Positions 21,022 through 29,446 of a stretch of DNA of 64,000 nucleotides are shown here, in pieces (position 1 is the stretch's first letter; each line of letters begins with the position of its first letter). The stretch lies in the NCBI GenBank assembly GCA_030524925.1, contig JAUNFS010000001.1, positions 3,963-67,962 of the forward strand, given 5' to 3'. The notes under the pieces are model-generated. The model was not told where the DNA came from and made no database searches. It worked only from the letters and a program-made list of their open reading frames with translations. The position numbers and the translations under genes are program-made. Source of the DNA: a bacterium (GTDB lineage Bacteria > Bacillota_I > Bacilli_A > RF39 > UBA660).

Positions 21022-21528
21022 TTAAGACTGACCTTGGTTATCTTGAGCAGCTTGTGTTACATTACATGTACTTGCGCTCATAGGACATGTAGCAGAAACT
21101 CCGCCGTTTCCTTCACCAATTGATTCACCTAAATTAGCATAAGTACCATTTTTTACATGATAACTCTTATCGGTTAGTGTAACATAATATGAAGCTTCTC
21201 TTTTATTATCTAATTTAACAACTACGTATCCAGAATAGCTTCCACTATTTTTTAAGCCAATGTCTGCTAGTGGGTAACAATAACATAAAATATTGCCGCT
21301 TTCGTCCTTAATTTGATGTCCTGACGAAATTGTATCTAATAAGTCTTCTGATGAATAAGTACTTTGAGCATTGCCTAAAGCTTTTTCTGCATAGATTTTA
21401 AATGATCCTTTCTTAGCATTATTCATACTTTCTACTACTGCTGGGATAGCAATAATCATAATGATAGCAAGTACAACGATAACTGCAAGAAGTTCTACTA
21501 AGGTAAAACCTTTTTTATTTAGTCTCAT
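21022..21528 (-). CDS. prepilin-type N-terminal cleavage/methylation domain protein (type IV pilin or pseudopilin-like)
   Basis: Track ORF trimmed to M19 (MRLNKKGFTLVELLAVIVVLAIIMIIAIPA). It has a class III signal peptide with G-1, F+1 and E+5, and C-terminal Cys residues. Confidence 0.7.
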   Translation of the reverse strand: MRLNKKGFTLVELLAVIVVLAIIMIIAIPAVVESMNNAKKGSFKIYAEKALGNAQSTYSSEDLLDTISSGHQIKDESGNILCYCYPLADIGLKNSGSYSGYVVVKLDNKREASYYVTLTDKSYHVKNGTYANLGESIGEGNGGVSATCPMSASTCNVTQAAQDNQGQS

Positions 21529-21592
21529 AATAAGTTCCCTACTTTCTAAAATAATTATAATCAAAATAGAGATTAAAGTCAATTATTTTTTA

Positions 21593-21814
21593 TTATTTAA
21601 TTATCTTAAAAATAGTGTTTACGGTGTCTAGTGTATCTAGAAAAGAGTTAGTTTTATTAATCTTTTCACTACGTTTATTTTCTTTAAAAGCTTTAGTAAA
21701 TTCTTTATAGTATTCAGGGTTTCTTGTTAGATATGTGTACCAGTATGAGTGATTAATTAGGTACTGATATTCTTTTGGGTCTTTTTTGATTTTTGATAGC
21801 ATTCCATAGTTCAT
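21593..21814 (-). CDS. YlbE-like small protein
   Basis: 73 aa. The segment YQYLINHSYWYTYLTRNPEYYKEF resembles the YlbE family. It follows a YlbD-like gene, as in B. subtilis. Confidence 0.45.
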   Translation of the reverse strand: MNYGMLSKIKKDPKEYQYLINHSYWYTYLTRNPEYYKEFTKAFKENKRSEKINKTNSFLDTLDTVNTIFKIIK

Positions 21815-21815
21815 A

Positions 21816-22163
21816 CTAATCTCCGAAGAATTTGTTTAATGGCCTTGGAGTTTTAGGAATGATTTTAGGTGCTTCGGTAACGGGTTTGTTTGTTAGTTCC
21901 TGAATTACATTGATAGCTTTTTGAGCATTATTAATATATTTTTGAACACTATCCATATTGATATTTTTTACGAGGCTAGTTAGTTCACTTAGACTTGATG
22001 CCCTGCTTTCATCTTCTTCATACTTGTTCCAAGCTGCTTCATCTTCACCATATAAGTCATATATTTCATATAGTTCTTGCCAAGAGGTTTCTTTGTTTTT
22101 GACTTTGTTTATGAGATTTGGTCTTGTTTTAACAAACTCTTTAAAATTTTCTTTTTTATCCAT
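21816..22163 (-). CDS. YlbD-like putative coat protein
   Basis: 115 aa. FKEFVKTRPNLINKVKNKETSWQELYEIYDLYGEDEAAWNKY resembles the YlbD family. Confidence 0.45.
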   Translation of the reverse strand: MDKKENFKEFVKTRPNLINKVKNKETSWQELYEIYDLYGEDEAAWNKYEEDESRASSLSELTSLVKNINMDSVQKYINNAQKAINVIQELTNKPVTEAPKIIPKTPRPLNKFFGD

Positions 22164-22167
22164 TTAA

Positions 22168-22206
22168 AAACCACCTATAATATTTTATTCTCATGGGTGG
22201 TTTTAT
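22168..22206 (-). terminator. long hairpin between parC and ylbD-like gene
   Basis: AAAACCACCTAT pairs with ATGGGTGGTTTT (12 bp including one G-U) around a loop of about 14 nt. Only a short U-run follows on the minus strand, directly before the ylbD-like ATG. Confidence 0.4.
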
Positions 22207-22209
22207 AGA

Positions 22210-24711
22210 CTAAAGTTTAAAGTCTTCTAAAAAATCATCAATTGTTAGTTCTTGAATCTTTTCTTCTTTTAGTGGTTCTTCTTTAATGTCTTCATCAGTT
22301 ATTAATTTTAATTCTTTAACTTTGAAGACGTCATTTATTTGAGTTTTTAAGATGACTGAACCAGTAGATTCTTTATCCATTATTGGAATATCACTATTTT
22401 TAATATAGTAGATGTCTTCTTTTGATTTAATACCAATGATATCTTTGGTAGTTGTAACAAATGAATTAATTATTTCATAATTTGTTGATTTTACTTTCTT
22501 TATTAGAGTTGACCCTCTTTTTGCTCTTGATAGAACATTTAGGTCTTTAATTTTTAGTCTCTTAGCAGTTTTTTGATTAGTAAATAAGTCAATATACTCA
22601 TCGTTATCATCATAAGTAATGCCACTTATTACTTCGTCATCTTTAAGGTTAATTCCTTTAACACCAGCTGATTTTGGGCCAGTAATTGGTACTTCGTTTG
22701 CACTATAATTTAGGTAGTAACCGGTTTTTGTAACGATTAAGATGTTTGGTTTAGTTACTAAAACATTTTTGACTAAGTCATCTTCTTTTAGTTTAATTGC
22801 GGTATAAGCTTTTGAGTATCTACTTACAATAAAGTCATTTAAGTTAGTTCTCTTAATCATACCGTTTTTAGTGAAAATTGTTATTTCAGGATTTTTAATG
22901 TTTTCATTTATTATGAAAGCATTTACTACTTTATCATCAGGATTAACTGTTACAAAGTTACTGATATGCTTTCCTTGATCTTTCCATTTACATGATGGTA
23001 TTTCATGAATTGGTAAGTATAAGTAGTTTCCTAGAGATGTTAAAATACATAACTTATTTAGTGTTGTTGTTTGTTTATAACATATTACATAGTCTCCTGG
23101 CTTTAAGGCTGTTTCACCATCAGCTGAGTTATGAGATTTAATTGGTACACGTTTTAAGTATCCGTTATTTGTTAAGATAATTATTACGTCTTCTTTAGTT
23201 ATTAAGTCTGTTTGGTCTATTTTAATTTCTTTTACGACTTCACTTATTTCTGTTTTTCTTGGAGTACCATATTCTTTTTTCATGCGACGTAAGTCATCTT
23301 TGATAACACTTTTTAGTTTGTTTTCATCATTTAAAATCGCGGTTAATTCTTCTATAATATGACGTAAGCTTTCTAGTTTTTCGTTTAGAACAGTGATATC
23401 AGTATTTGTTAGGCGATATAGTTGTAACATAACGATAGCGGTTGCTTGTTCTTCAGTAAAATCAAATGATTTAACTAGGTTGGCGATTGCGTCGGGTTTA
23501 TTCTTACTACCTCTAATAACTTTAATTACTTCATCTAATATACTAATTGCTTTGACTAAACCTTCAGTAATATGCATTTCTTTTCTAGCAAATGCTAAGT
23601 CAAAGTTGGTTCTTTTTAGAATTACTTCTCTTTGATGATCAATGTAAGCATCAATTATAGGAATGATACCCAAAAGTCTTGGTCTTCTTTTATCAATACA
23701 TACCATGTTATAGTTGTATGTTGTTTGAAGTTCAGTATTTTTTAGTAAATAATTTAGAACTAATTGTTTGTCAGCACCTTGCTTTAAATCTATAACAATA
23801 CGAATATTTGAGTCTTTATCTGATTCGTCACGTACTTCGGCAATGCCGTCTAATTTTTTTTCAAAGCGAATGTCATCTATTTTTTTTACAAGTAAGGCTT
23901 TATTTACTTCAAAAGGTATTTCAGAGATAACGATTTGATCTTTGCCTTTATTCTTTTGAAATTCAGTTTTTGAAGTTACGATAAGTTTGCCTCTTCCGGT
24001 TTTAAAAGCACTTTTGATACCGTCTAAGCCTTCAATAATTCCACCAGTTGGAAAGTCAGGCCCTTTTAATATTTCAAATATTGAGTCTTCATGACAGTTT
24101 GGACTATCTATTCTTTTGATTACTGCATCGCATACTTCTATTAAGTTATGCGGAGGAATATTAGTTGCATAACCAGCTGAGATACCACTTGTTCCGTTTA
24201 CTAGTAAGTTAGGAAACTTAGCTGGTAAAACTGTTGGTTCTAATAAAGTATCTGAATAATTTGGAGCCATCATAACAGTATCTTTATCAATATCTTTTAA
24301 TAGTTCTTCACTGATTTTAGCAAGTCTACACTCAGTATAACGATAAGCTGCGGGACCATCGCCGTCAATAGAACCGTTATTGCCATCTACTTCTACTAGT
24401 ATGTGGTTTTGTTTCCAACTTTGACTCATACGAATTAATGCATCATATACTGAAGAATCACCATGAGGATGATATTTACCTAAAACATTACCAACAGCGT
24501 TAGCACATTTTTTAAATTGTTTGTCATAAGTATTTTTATCTCTATACATAGCATAGATAATTCTTCTTTGTACTGGTTTAAGACCATCTCTTACATCAGG
24601 GATTGCACGGTCTTGAATTATATATTTAGAATAACGAGCAAAGCGTTCACCCATTATTTCTTCTAGACTATAGTCGTGAATTCTTTTTAATACTTCTTCC
24701 ACTCTTATCAC
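22210..24711 (-). CDS. parC: DNA topoisomerase IV subunit A
   Basis: 833 aa. The N-terminus ERFARYSKYIIQDRAIPDVRDGLKPVQRRIIYAMY and GNNGSIDGDGPAAYRYTE are ParC-like rather than GyrA-like. GTG start. Confidence 0.8.
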   Translation of the reverse strand: MIRVEEVLKRIHDYSLEEIMGERFARYSKYIIQDRAIPDVRDGLKPVQRRIIYAMYRDKNTYDKQFKKCANAVGNVLGKYHPHGDSSVYDALIRMSQSWKQNHILVEVDGNNGSIDGDGPAAYRYTECRLAKISEELLKDIDKDTVMMAPNYSDTLLEPTVLPAKFPNLLVNGTSGISAGYATNIPPHNLIEVCDAVIKRIDSPNCHEDSIFEILKGPDFPTGGIIEGLDGIKSAFKTGRGKLIVTSKTEFQKNKGKDQIVISEIPFEVNKALLVKKIDDIRFEKKLDGIAEVRDESDKDSNIRIVIDLKQGADKQLVLNYLLKNTELQTTYNYNMVCIDKRRPRLLGIIPIIDAYIDHQREVILKRTNFDLAFARKEMHITEGLVKAISILDEVIKVIRGSKNKPDAIANLVKSFDFTEEQATAIVMLQLYRLTNTDITVLNEKLESLRHIIEELTAILNDENKLKSVIKDDLRRMKKEYGTPRKTEISEVVKEIKIDQTDLITKEDVIIILTNNGYLKRVPIKSHNSADGETALKPGDYVICYKQTTTLNKLCILTSLGNYLYLPIHEIPSCKWKDQGKHISNFVTVNPDDKVVNAFIINENIKNPEITIFTKNGMIKRTNLNDFIVSRYSKAYTAIKLKEDDLVKNVLVTKPNILIVTKTGYYLNYSANEVPITGPKSAGVKGINLKDDEVISGITYDDNDEYIDLFTNQKTAKRLKIKDLNVLSRAKRGSTLIKKVKSTNYEIINSFVTTTKDIIGIKSKEDIYYIKNSDIPIMDKESTGSVILKTQINDVFKVKELKLITDEDIKEEPLKEEKIQELTIDDFLEDFKL

Positions 24712-24764
24712 CTTTAAAATTATAACATAGATTTTTTTTATTTCCTAGAAATTTAAAGGAAAAA

Positions 24765-24788
24765 TAAAAAAAAGCACTTGATGTGCTT
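24765..24788 (-). terminator. rho-independent terminator after rpmA
   Basis: 6-bp stem AAGCAC / GTGCTT (24772-24777, 24783-24788), loop TTGAT. An A-run on the plus strand gives a U-run on the minus transcript. Confidence 0.55.
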
Positions 24789-24791
24789 AGA

Positions 24792-25076
24792 TTATTTAGC
24801 ATAAACGCTAACTTTTTTCTTACTTTTTCCTAGTCTTTCATATTTTACTACGCCATCAATTAAGGCAAATAAAGTATGATCTTTTCCCATACCAACATTT
24901 ACGCCAGGATAAATTCTTGTTCCTCTTTGACGATAAATTATGTTTCCAGCTTTAGCCATTTGACCATCAGCTAATTTAGCGCCTAATCTACGACCTTCTG
25001 AGTCACGACCATTTTGAGTTGAACCTTGAGCTTTAACATGAGCAAAACGTTGAATATTAAGTTTTATAAATAACAT
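24792..25076 (-). CDS. rpmA: 50S ribosomal protein L27 (with cleavable N-terminal extension)
   Basis: 94 aa with [17 protein letters not shown] and a Bacillota-type propeptide [12 protein letters not shown]. Confidence 0.95.
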   Translation of the reverse strand: MLFIKLNIQRFAHVKAQGSTQNGRDSEGRRLGAKLADGQMAKAGNIIYRQRGTRIYPGVNVGMGKDHTLFALIDGVVKYERLGKSKKKVSVYAK

Positions 25077-25078
25077 AA

Positions 25079-25387
25079 TTATTCCTCACTCTCAATCTTT
25101 ATATTTTTAGGGTAGTCTTTTGATAAACTTATTAGTAATTCCTTTAGGTTATTAAATAATTTTATTACTAGTTCGTTATTATCTAATATTTCTACTACCA
25201 TTTCTTTTCCATCGTCCTTATAAGAAATGCTTTCTTTAGAGATTGTCATCATATCATTTACACTAGTTGCTATTATAGATGAACAACTTGCACAAACAAT
25301 ATCTTTTCCATAATCAGCAAAGTTTGCATGACCTTTTAAAGTAATGGATTTTTCTTTTATTAATACTTTAATCATCTTAACCAACAA
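25079..25387 (-). CDS. prp: ribosomal-processing cysteine protease Prp
   Basis: 102 aa between rplU and rpmA, with the [19 protein letters not shown] His/Cys dyad region. Confidence 0.8.
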   Translation of the reverse strand: MLVKMIKVLIKEKSITLKGHANFADYGKDIVCASCSSIIATSVNDMMTISKESISYKDDGKEMVVEILDNNELVIKLFNNLKELLISLSKDYPKNIKIESEE

Positions 25388-25676
25388 TTTTCTTAACGAT
25401 TAGTTTAGTATATGGTTGTCTATGACCTTTTTTAAGACGATATTTCTTTTTAGGTCTGTATTTGAAAACAACTACTTTTTTAGCACGACCATGTTTAACT
25501 ACTTCACAAATAACTTTAGCACCAGATACAGTTGGAGTACCAACTTTCTCGCCTACTGAAAGTACTTCGTCAAACTCTACTTCTTTGCCAGCTTCTGTTT
25601 CTAATTTTTCTACAAAGATTTCGTCGCCTTCTGAAACATAATATTGTTTTCCACCAGTAACAAATATAGCTTTCAT
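25377..25676 (-). CDS. rplU: 50S ribosomal protein L21
   Basis: 99 aa: [18 protein letters not shown]...[21 protein letters not shown]. Confidence 0.95.
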   Translation of the reverse strand: MKAIFVTGGKQYYVSEGDEIFVEKLETEAGKEVEFDEVLSVGEKVGTPTVSGAKVICEVVKHGRAKKVVVFKYRPKKKYRLKKGHRQPYTKLIVKKIVG

Positions 25677-25807
25677 TAATTCTTTCCTCCCATCTTTTAG
25701 GACACGCCTTGAAGGTGTACATAAAGTAACTTTTTACCTTTTTAGAGCGGTTTATAAAATTAATTTACAAACATATTGATAATATCAAATATTTGTAGTT
25801 GTGTCAA
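25677..25807 (-). promoter_or_regulatory. rplU promoter plus leader of about 95 nt (possible L21-leader type element)
   Basis: Minus strand reads TTGACA (25802-25807), 17-nt spacer, TATTAT (25779-25784). The leader contains a small hairpin (ACGCC / GGTGT) before the GGGAGGAAAG RBS. Assignment to the known Bacillota L21 leader family is untested. Confidence 0.4.
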
Positions 25808-25822
25808 TTAGTTTAGGCTTTT

Positions 25823-26560
25823 TTAGGGTTTAAATCGTCTTTTTAAGACATTTTTTTCACTTTCATTATTAATAAAATTAAAATAATTCTTATAAAGAGA
25901 CTTTAAATCTTTAACATACTTTATCTTATTTGGTCTGATATCGTATAAATATCTTTCTAAAAGAAAGTAATTATAGGTATAGTCTATATTAATTAAGTTT
26001 TTATATGTTTCATAGAACATAAACATAGTTACTAGGATTAAATTTAAAGTTATAGTGTTTTTGATAAAGAAAATAAAGATAAATATTAAACTGATAAAAT
26101 ATGTACATATAATAGTTTTGCGGTAAGGAAGCTTAGTTTCTAGGATGCTTTGCATGATTTTAGAGCCATCTAATGGGATAATTGGTAGTAAGTTAAATAC
26201 TATTATAATAGTATTATAAGTTTTAAAAATATTATATGATATATCATTTACAATACCATTTAAGTATAAAATGTGAAAGATAGGTGCCAGGATTAACTGA
26301 AAAATTATCCCCGCTATGCTTATTAAAAATAGTTTATAGCTAGGAATATTATTTTTAATATTAGAGTTTATAAGACTACCAAACGGTAATATAAGAATGC
26401 TTTCTATTTGATAGTTAAATCTTTTAATTAGGAGAATGTGACCTAGGTCATGAATTAAGAGAATAATAAAAATTATTAAAAAGTAATTAAAATAACCACA
26501 CAAAAGAACACTAAAAGTTATAATGTATGTTAATGGACTTATTTTAAATGTAGTCTTCAT
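25823..26560 (-). CDS. SpoIVFB-like site-2 (M50) intramembrane metalloprotease, HDxxH variant
   Basis: 245 aa, polytopic. It has LIHDLGH where HExxH is expected, an NLLPIIPLDGSKI second zinc-ligand motif and FLLERY as in B. subtilis SpoIVFB. Its position upstream of rplU matches B. subtilis. Confidence 0.7.
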   Translation of the reverse strand: MKTTFKISPLTYIITFSVLLCGYFNYFLIIFIILLIHDLGHILLIKRFNYQIESILILPFGSLINSNIKNNIPSYKLFLISIAGIIFQLILAPIFHILYLNGIVNDISYNIFKTYNTIIIVFNLLPIIPLDGSKIMQSILETKLPYRKTIICTYFISLIFIFIFFIKNTITLNLILVTMFMFYETYKNLINIDYTYNYFLLERYLYDIRPNKIKYVKDLKSLYKNYFNFINNESEKNVLKRRFKP

Positions 26561-27071
26561 AGTTTAAAAAGTTTCCATCTTTACTAAATAATACGTATAG
26601 TTTATTGTCTTTAGGATTAGCAATTATATCACTAGTTTCTACGTAATCATAGAGTTTTACGTTAATATCAGTTACGTTAGAATACCAGTAGTCGATTCCA
26701 TCCATCCCTTGAATTATAATTGTATCGCCATAGTCTTCTTTTTCACCGACAAATACAACGATACCGCTTTTATATGGGTAGATAGCACTATTTGTTTTTA
26801 GGGCCGCTCCATCTTTATAAGAATTTGCTTCACTATACTCTATAACGCCTTTAGAAACGTTTATTTGCTTAGCTTCGGGTAAAACTTTTCCAAAGTATTT
26901 ATTATATAAATTAGTAAATTTACTATAATTTAGATTTTTATCATAGCAGTATTTTTTATAGATTAAGAGATTTTTATTACTGGAGTTTACAAAGATAGAA
27001 ACTGCTAAAAATAGAATAATACTTAAAAGAATTCTTATTGTTAAAGATTTTAGATACTTTTTATTTTTCAC
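26544..27071 (-). CDS. SpoIVFA-like membrane protein with degenerate LytM/M23 domain
   Basis: 175 aa with an N-terminal TM and a C-terminal beta-rich region (SGIVVFVGEKEDYGDTIIIQGMDGIDYWYSNV) lacking obvious metal ligands. Synteny supports the call. Confidence 0.5.
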   Translation of the reverse strand: MKNKKYLKSLTIRILLSIILFLAVSIFVNSSNKNLLIYKKYCYDKNLNYSKFTNLYNKYFGKVLPEAKQINVSKGVIEYSEANSYKDGAALKTNSAIYPYKSGIVVFVGEKEDYGDTIIIQGMDGIDYWYSNVTDINVKLYDYVETSDIIANPKDNKLYVLFSKDGNFLNYEDYI

Positions 27072-27083
27072 CCTATCACCTAA

Positions 27084-27461
27084 TCAATTATACGAACTTT
27101 TCATTATTTTAAGTACTAGATAATTTAATAATATATTGATTAGGAGATTATTTATAAGTATGGTTATAATACTTTGGTCAAATTTGTTATAGATACTATA
27201 TAAAATGATACCAAATAAAAAGTAGTAGATGATGCTTAGCATTAAATTTATCCATAGGTTACTACTTAACTTAGCGCTTATTTTTTTATGTAAGAAGTAT
27301 AGTAAAATAATTATAATAGTGATAAATGGAACTCCGTTTAGGATAATATCTAATATTAGAGTTAGATAGATTTTTTTGTCGTTTAGATTAAATATTTCTA
27401 AGACAATTATAGAGGTATAGGTATTTAGTAAATTTATCATTAAAGTATCTAGGATAATCAT
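27084..27461 (-). CDS. mreD: rod shape-determining protein MreD (short)
   Basis: 125 aa, multi-TM, with a 4-nt overlap with the mreC-like gene upstream. Confidence 0.5.
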   Translation of the reverse strand: MIILDTLMINLLNTYTSIIVLEIFNLNDKKIYLTLILDIILNGVPFITIIIILLYFLHKKISAKLSSNLWINLMLSIIYYFLFGIILYSIYNKFDQSIITILINNLLINILLNYLVLKIMKSSYN

Positions 27462-28072
27462 TTTTCAATTACTCCTACGTAGTCTAAGCTATCAGTACTT
27501 ACTGGTTTTACAATAATAATGTTATCTAAGTCTTCGTATAAGATATTTACTACTTTGCCAATATAAGTCATGTGAACTGAATAGACTTTATCGTTTATTT
27601 TAATATCATTATAGTTACTTACCTCTTTAATTATTAGATTGTTTTGCTCGTTTTTCCCTGTTATTTTACCTTCAGAGTTACTAATTTTTACCATAATGCC
27701 AGTATCATCTAAGTATTTTACTTCGCAAGTGTTATACATACTTTTACTTACGATACCAATTAGACCATCTTTTGTTACGACTTCACTATTTATTTTGTAT
27801 GTACCATTAACAATCATTTTATCAAACCCATAATTATTTTTATAAATATTAGTAATTGTGTATGATTCATTTAAGACGATGTTATTTTTAAAGTCTAGAA
27901 GCTTACTATATTCGTCTGTTAAGTCAGATACTTCTTTTTGTAAAATTTCTATTTCGGGATTTGTTTCCTTTTTTAGAAATAACTTTGAAAAATTATTAAA
28001 GATATTTAAAATTTGCATGCGAAATAGAACTACTAAAATAATAGTTAAGTATACTATATATTTACGCTTCAT
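27458..28072 (-). CDS. mreC: rod shape-determining protein MreC (short)
   Basis: 204 aa with an N-terminal TM, a coiled coil and beta domains containing DGLIGIVSK. Position is upstream of mreD. Confidence 0.6.
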   Translation of the reverse strand: MKRKYIVYLTIILVVLFRMQILNIFNNFSKLFLKKETNPEIEILQKEVSDLTDEYSKLLDFKNNIVLNESYTITNIYKNNYGFDKMIVNGTYKINSEVVTKDGLIGIVSKSMYNTCEVKYLDDTGIMVKISNSEGKITGKNEQNNLIIKEVSNYNDIKINDKVYSVHMTYIGKVVNILYEDLDNIIIVKPVSTDSLDYVGVIEK

Positions 28073-28742
28073 TTTTTAGCTCCTCTTCATAAAAACTGTA
28101 ATACTCTTTGCCATTAGTAATTAGGTGATCTAGTAAAGAAATACCTAACATTTTGCCACTTTGAGCAAGCATTCTTGTAAGTGAGATGTCAGCTTCTGAT
28201 GGAGTTAAGATGCCAGATGGGTGATTGTGCATGATGATAATAGCATCAGCATTTTCGCGAAGTGCATAATTATAGATTTCTTTAGGACTTGCTAGAGTTT
28301 CATTCTTAGTTCCTTCATACATTATTTGATAGCTTATTAATCTTTTTTTATTATCTAGTAAAATAACAAGTAGTTTTTCATTTGTTCCTAGGATTAGATG
28401 AGCAAAATATTTATTGATTATTTTGGCATTTGTTAAAACTATGCTTTCGTTATAGGTTTTATTAGATACTCTTTTACCTAGTTCAATTGCTGCTAGAATA
28501 GTTACGGCTTTTACTTTACCTACTCCATTTATTTTGGTTAGCTCGCCGACTGTCATATTATCTAAATCTTCTATATTTTTTAGTTTAGAGAGAATGTTAC
28601 TACTTATAATTTTGACATTATTATCTTTACCTCCAGTTCTTAAAAGAATAGCTAGAAGTTCTTCGTTACTAATATTTTTGGCTCCATATTTAATTAGTCT
28701 TTCTCTTGGTTTTTCAATGTCTGGTAACTCTTTGATTTTCAT
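28062..28742 (-). CDS. radC: RadC-family JAB-domain protein
   Basis: 226 aa with an HhH N-terminus (LTKINGVGKVKA) and the JAMM motif HNHPSG. Confidence 0.85.
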   Translation of the reverse strand: MKIKELPDIEKPRERLIKYGAKNISNEELLAILLRTGGKDNNVKIISSNILSKLKNIEDLDNMTVGELTKINGVGKVKAVTILAAIELGKRVSNKTYNESIVLTNAKIINKYFAHLILGTNEKLLVILLDNKKRLISYQIMYEGTKNETLASPKEIYNYALRENADAIIIMHNHPSGILTPSEADISLTRMLAQSGKMLGISLLDHLITNGKEYYSFYEEELKNEA

Positions 28743-29179
28743 ATTTCTTTCTCCTTATAGGATGACATAATTATTTTATTTAAACTTACTAAAACTGTAT
28801 CATTACCTTTACTAATACCACTTTCATAATCATTTAGAGCTTTGATAAGATTTTCATCTTCTATGGTAATTTCTTTTTTATAGAAGGCTATTTTTTGCGA
28901 GTTTAAGTAATTTTCCATTTTTGTTATACTTTTAGTATCAGTAAGCATACTGTAATAAACTCTGTAAGCATCATCATCTTCTATGATTACCGCAGGACTA
29001 TATTTACTTTTGAATTCTTTAGCAGTTTCTATATCGTTAAAGACACCGAGCTGAAAGGCAGTTACATTTACTTTATCTTTTAAGATGTCATCAATGGTAA
29101 AATTTGCTTTACTAAAGATTATGAGGCCAAAAGCAGTACCGATTATTAAAGATAATAAGTATGGAATATATTTTTTCAT
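28739..29179 (-). CDS. membrane-anchored SPOR-like domain protein
   Basis: 146 aa with an N-terminal TM. AFQLGVFNDIETAKEFKSKY...YRVYYSMLTD resembles a SPOR repeat. Confidence 0.4.
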   Translation of the reverse strand: MKKYIPYLLSLIIGTAFGLIIFSKANFTIDDILKDKVNVTAFQLGVFNDIETAKEFKSKYSPAVIIEDDDAYRVYYSMLTDTKSITKMENYLNSQKIAFYKKEITIEDENLIKALNDYESGISKGNDTVLVSLNKIIMSSYKEKEI

Positions 29180-29282
29180 TTAATCACCATATTTATATTA
29201 CAATTTTAATGGTAAGAATCTTGTCTAATTATGTCCCTATATAATTATTATTGTAAGAAATATATCTATTTCCTTTTTATGA

Positions 29283-29309
29283 GCAAAAAAAAATCACATA
29301 ACGTGATTT
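29283..29309 (-). terminator. rho-independent terminator downstream of proS and a small ORF
   Basis: Perfect 7-bp stem AAATCAC / GTGATTT (29291-29297, 29303-29309), loop ATAAC. An A8 run on the plus strand gives a U-run on the minus transcript. Confidence 0.55.
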
Positions 29310-29412
29310 ATTGCATAACTGCTTGGAATAACATAATACCAAACCAAAAGCCGACAACAATTGTGATACCACAGATTCCAATTGCAAGTAATGTTTTACT
29401 TTTTTTATTCAT
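29308..29412 (-). CDS. possible 34-aa membrane peptide
   Basis: Not in track. Hand translation: MNKKSKTLLAIGICGITIVVGFWFGIMLFQAVMQ. Its stop lies inside the terminator stem. No clear RBS. Confidence 0.3.
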   Translation of the reverse strand: MNKKSKTLLAIGICGITIVVGFWFGIMLFQAVMQ

Positions 29413-29446
29413 ATCATTCACCTAGAATAATATTATCATATTTATT

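Noticed and set aside
29231-29425. Plus-strand 64-aa ORF in the proS-SPOR intergenic region.
   Set aside because: It runs antisense through a minus-strand terminator and the small minus-strand peptide ORF. It has no RBS.
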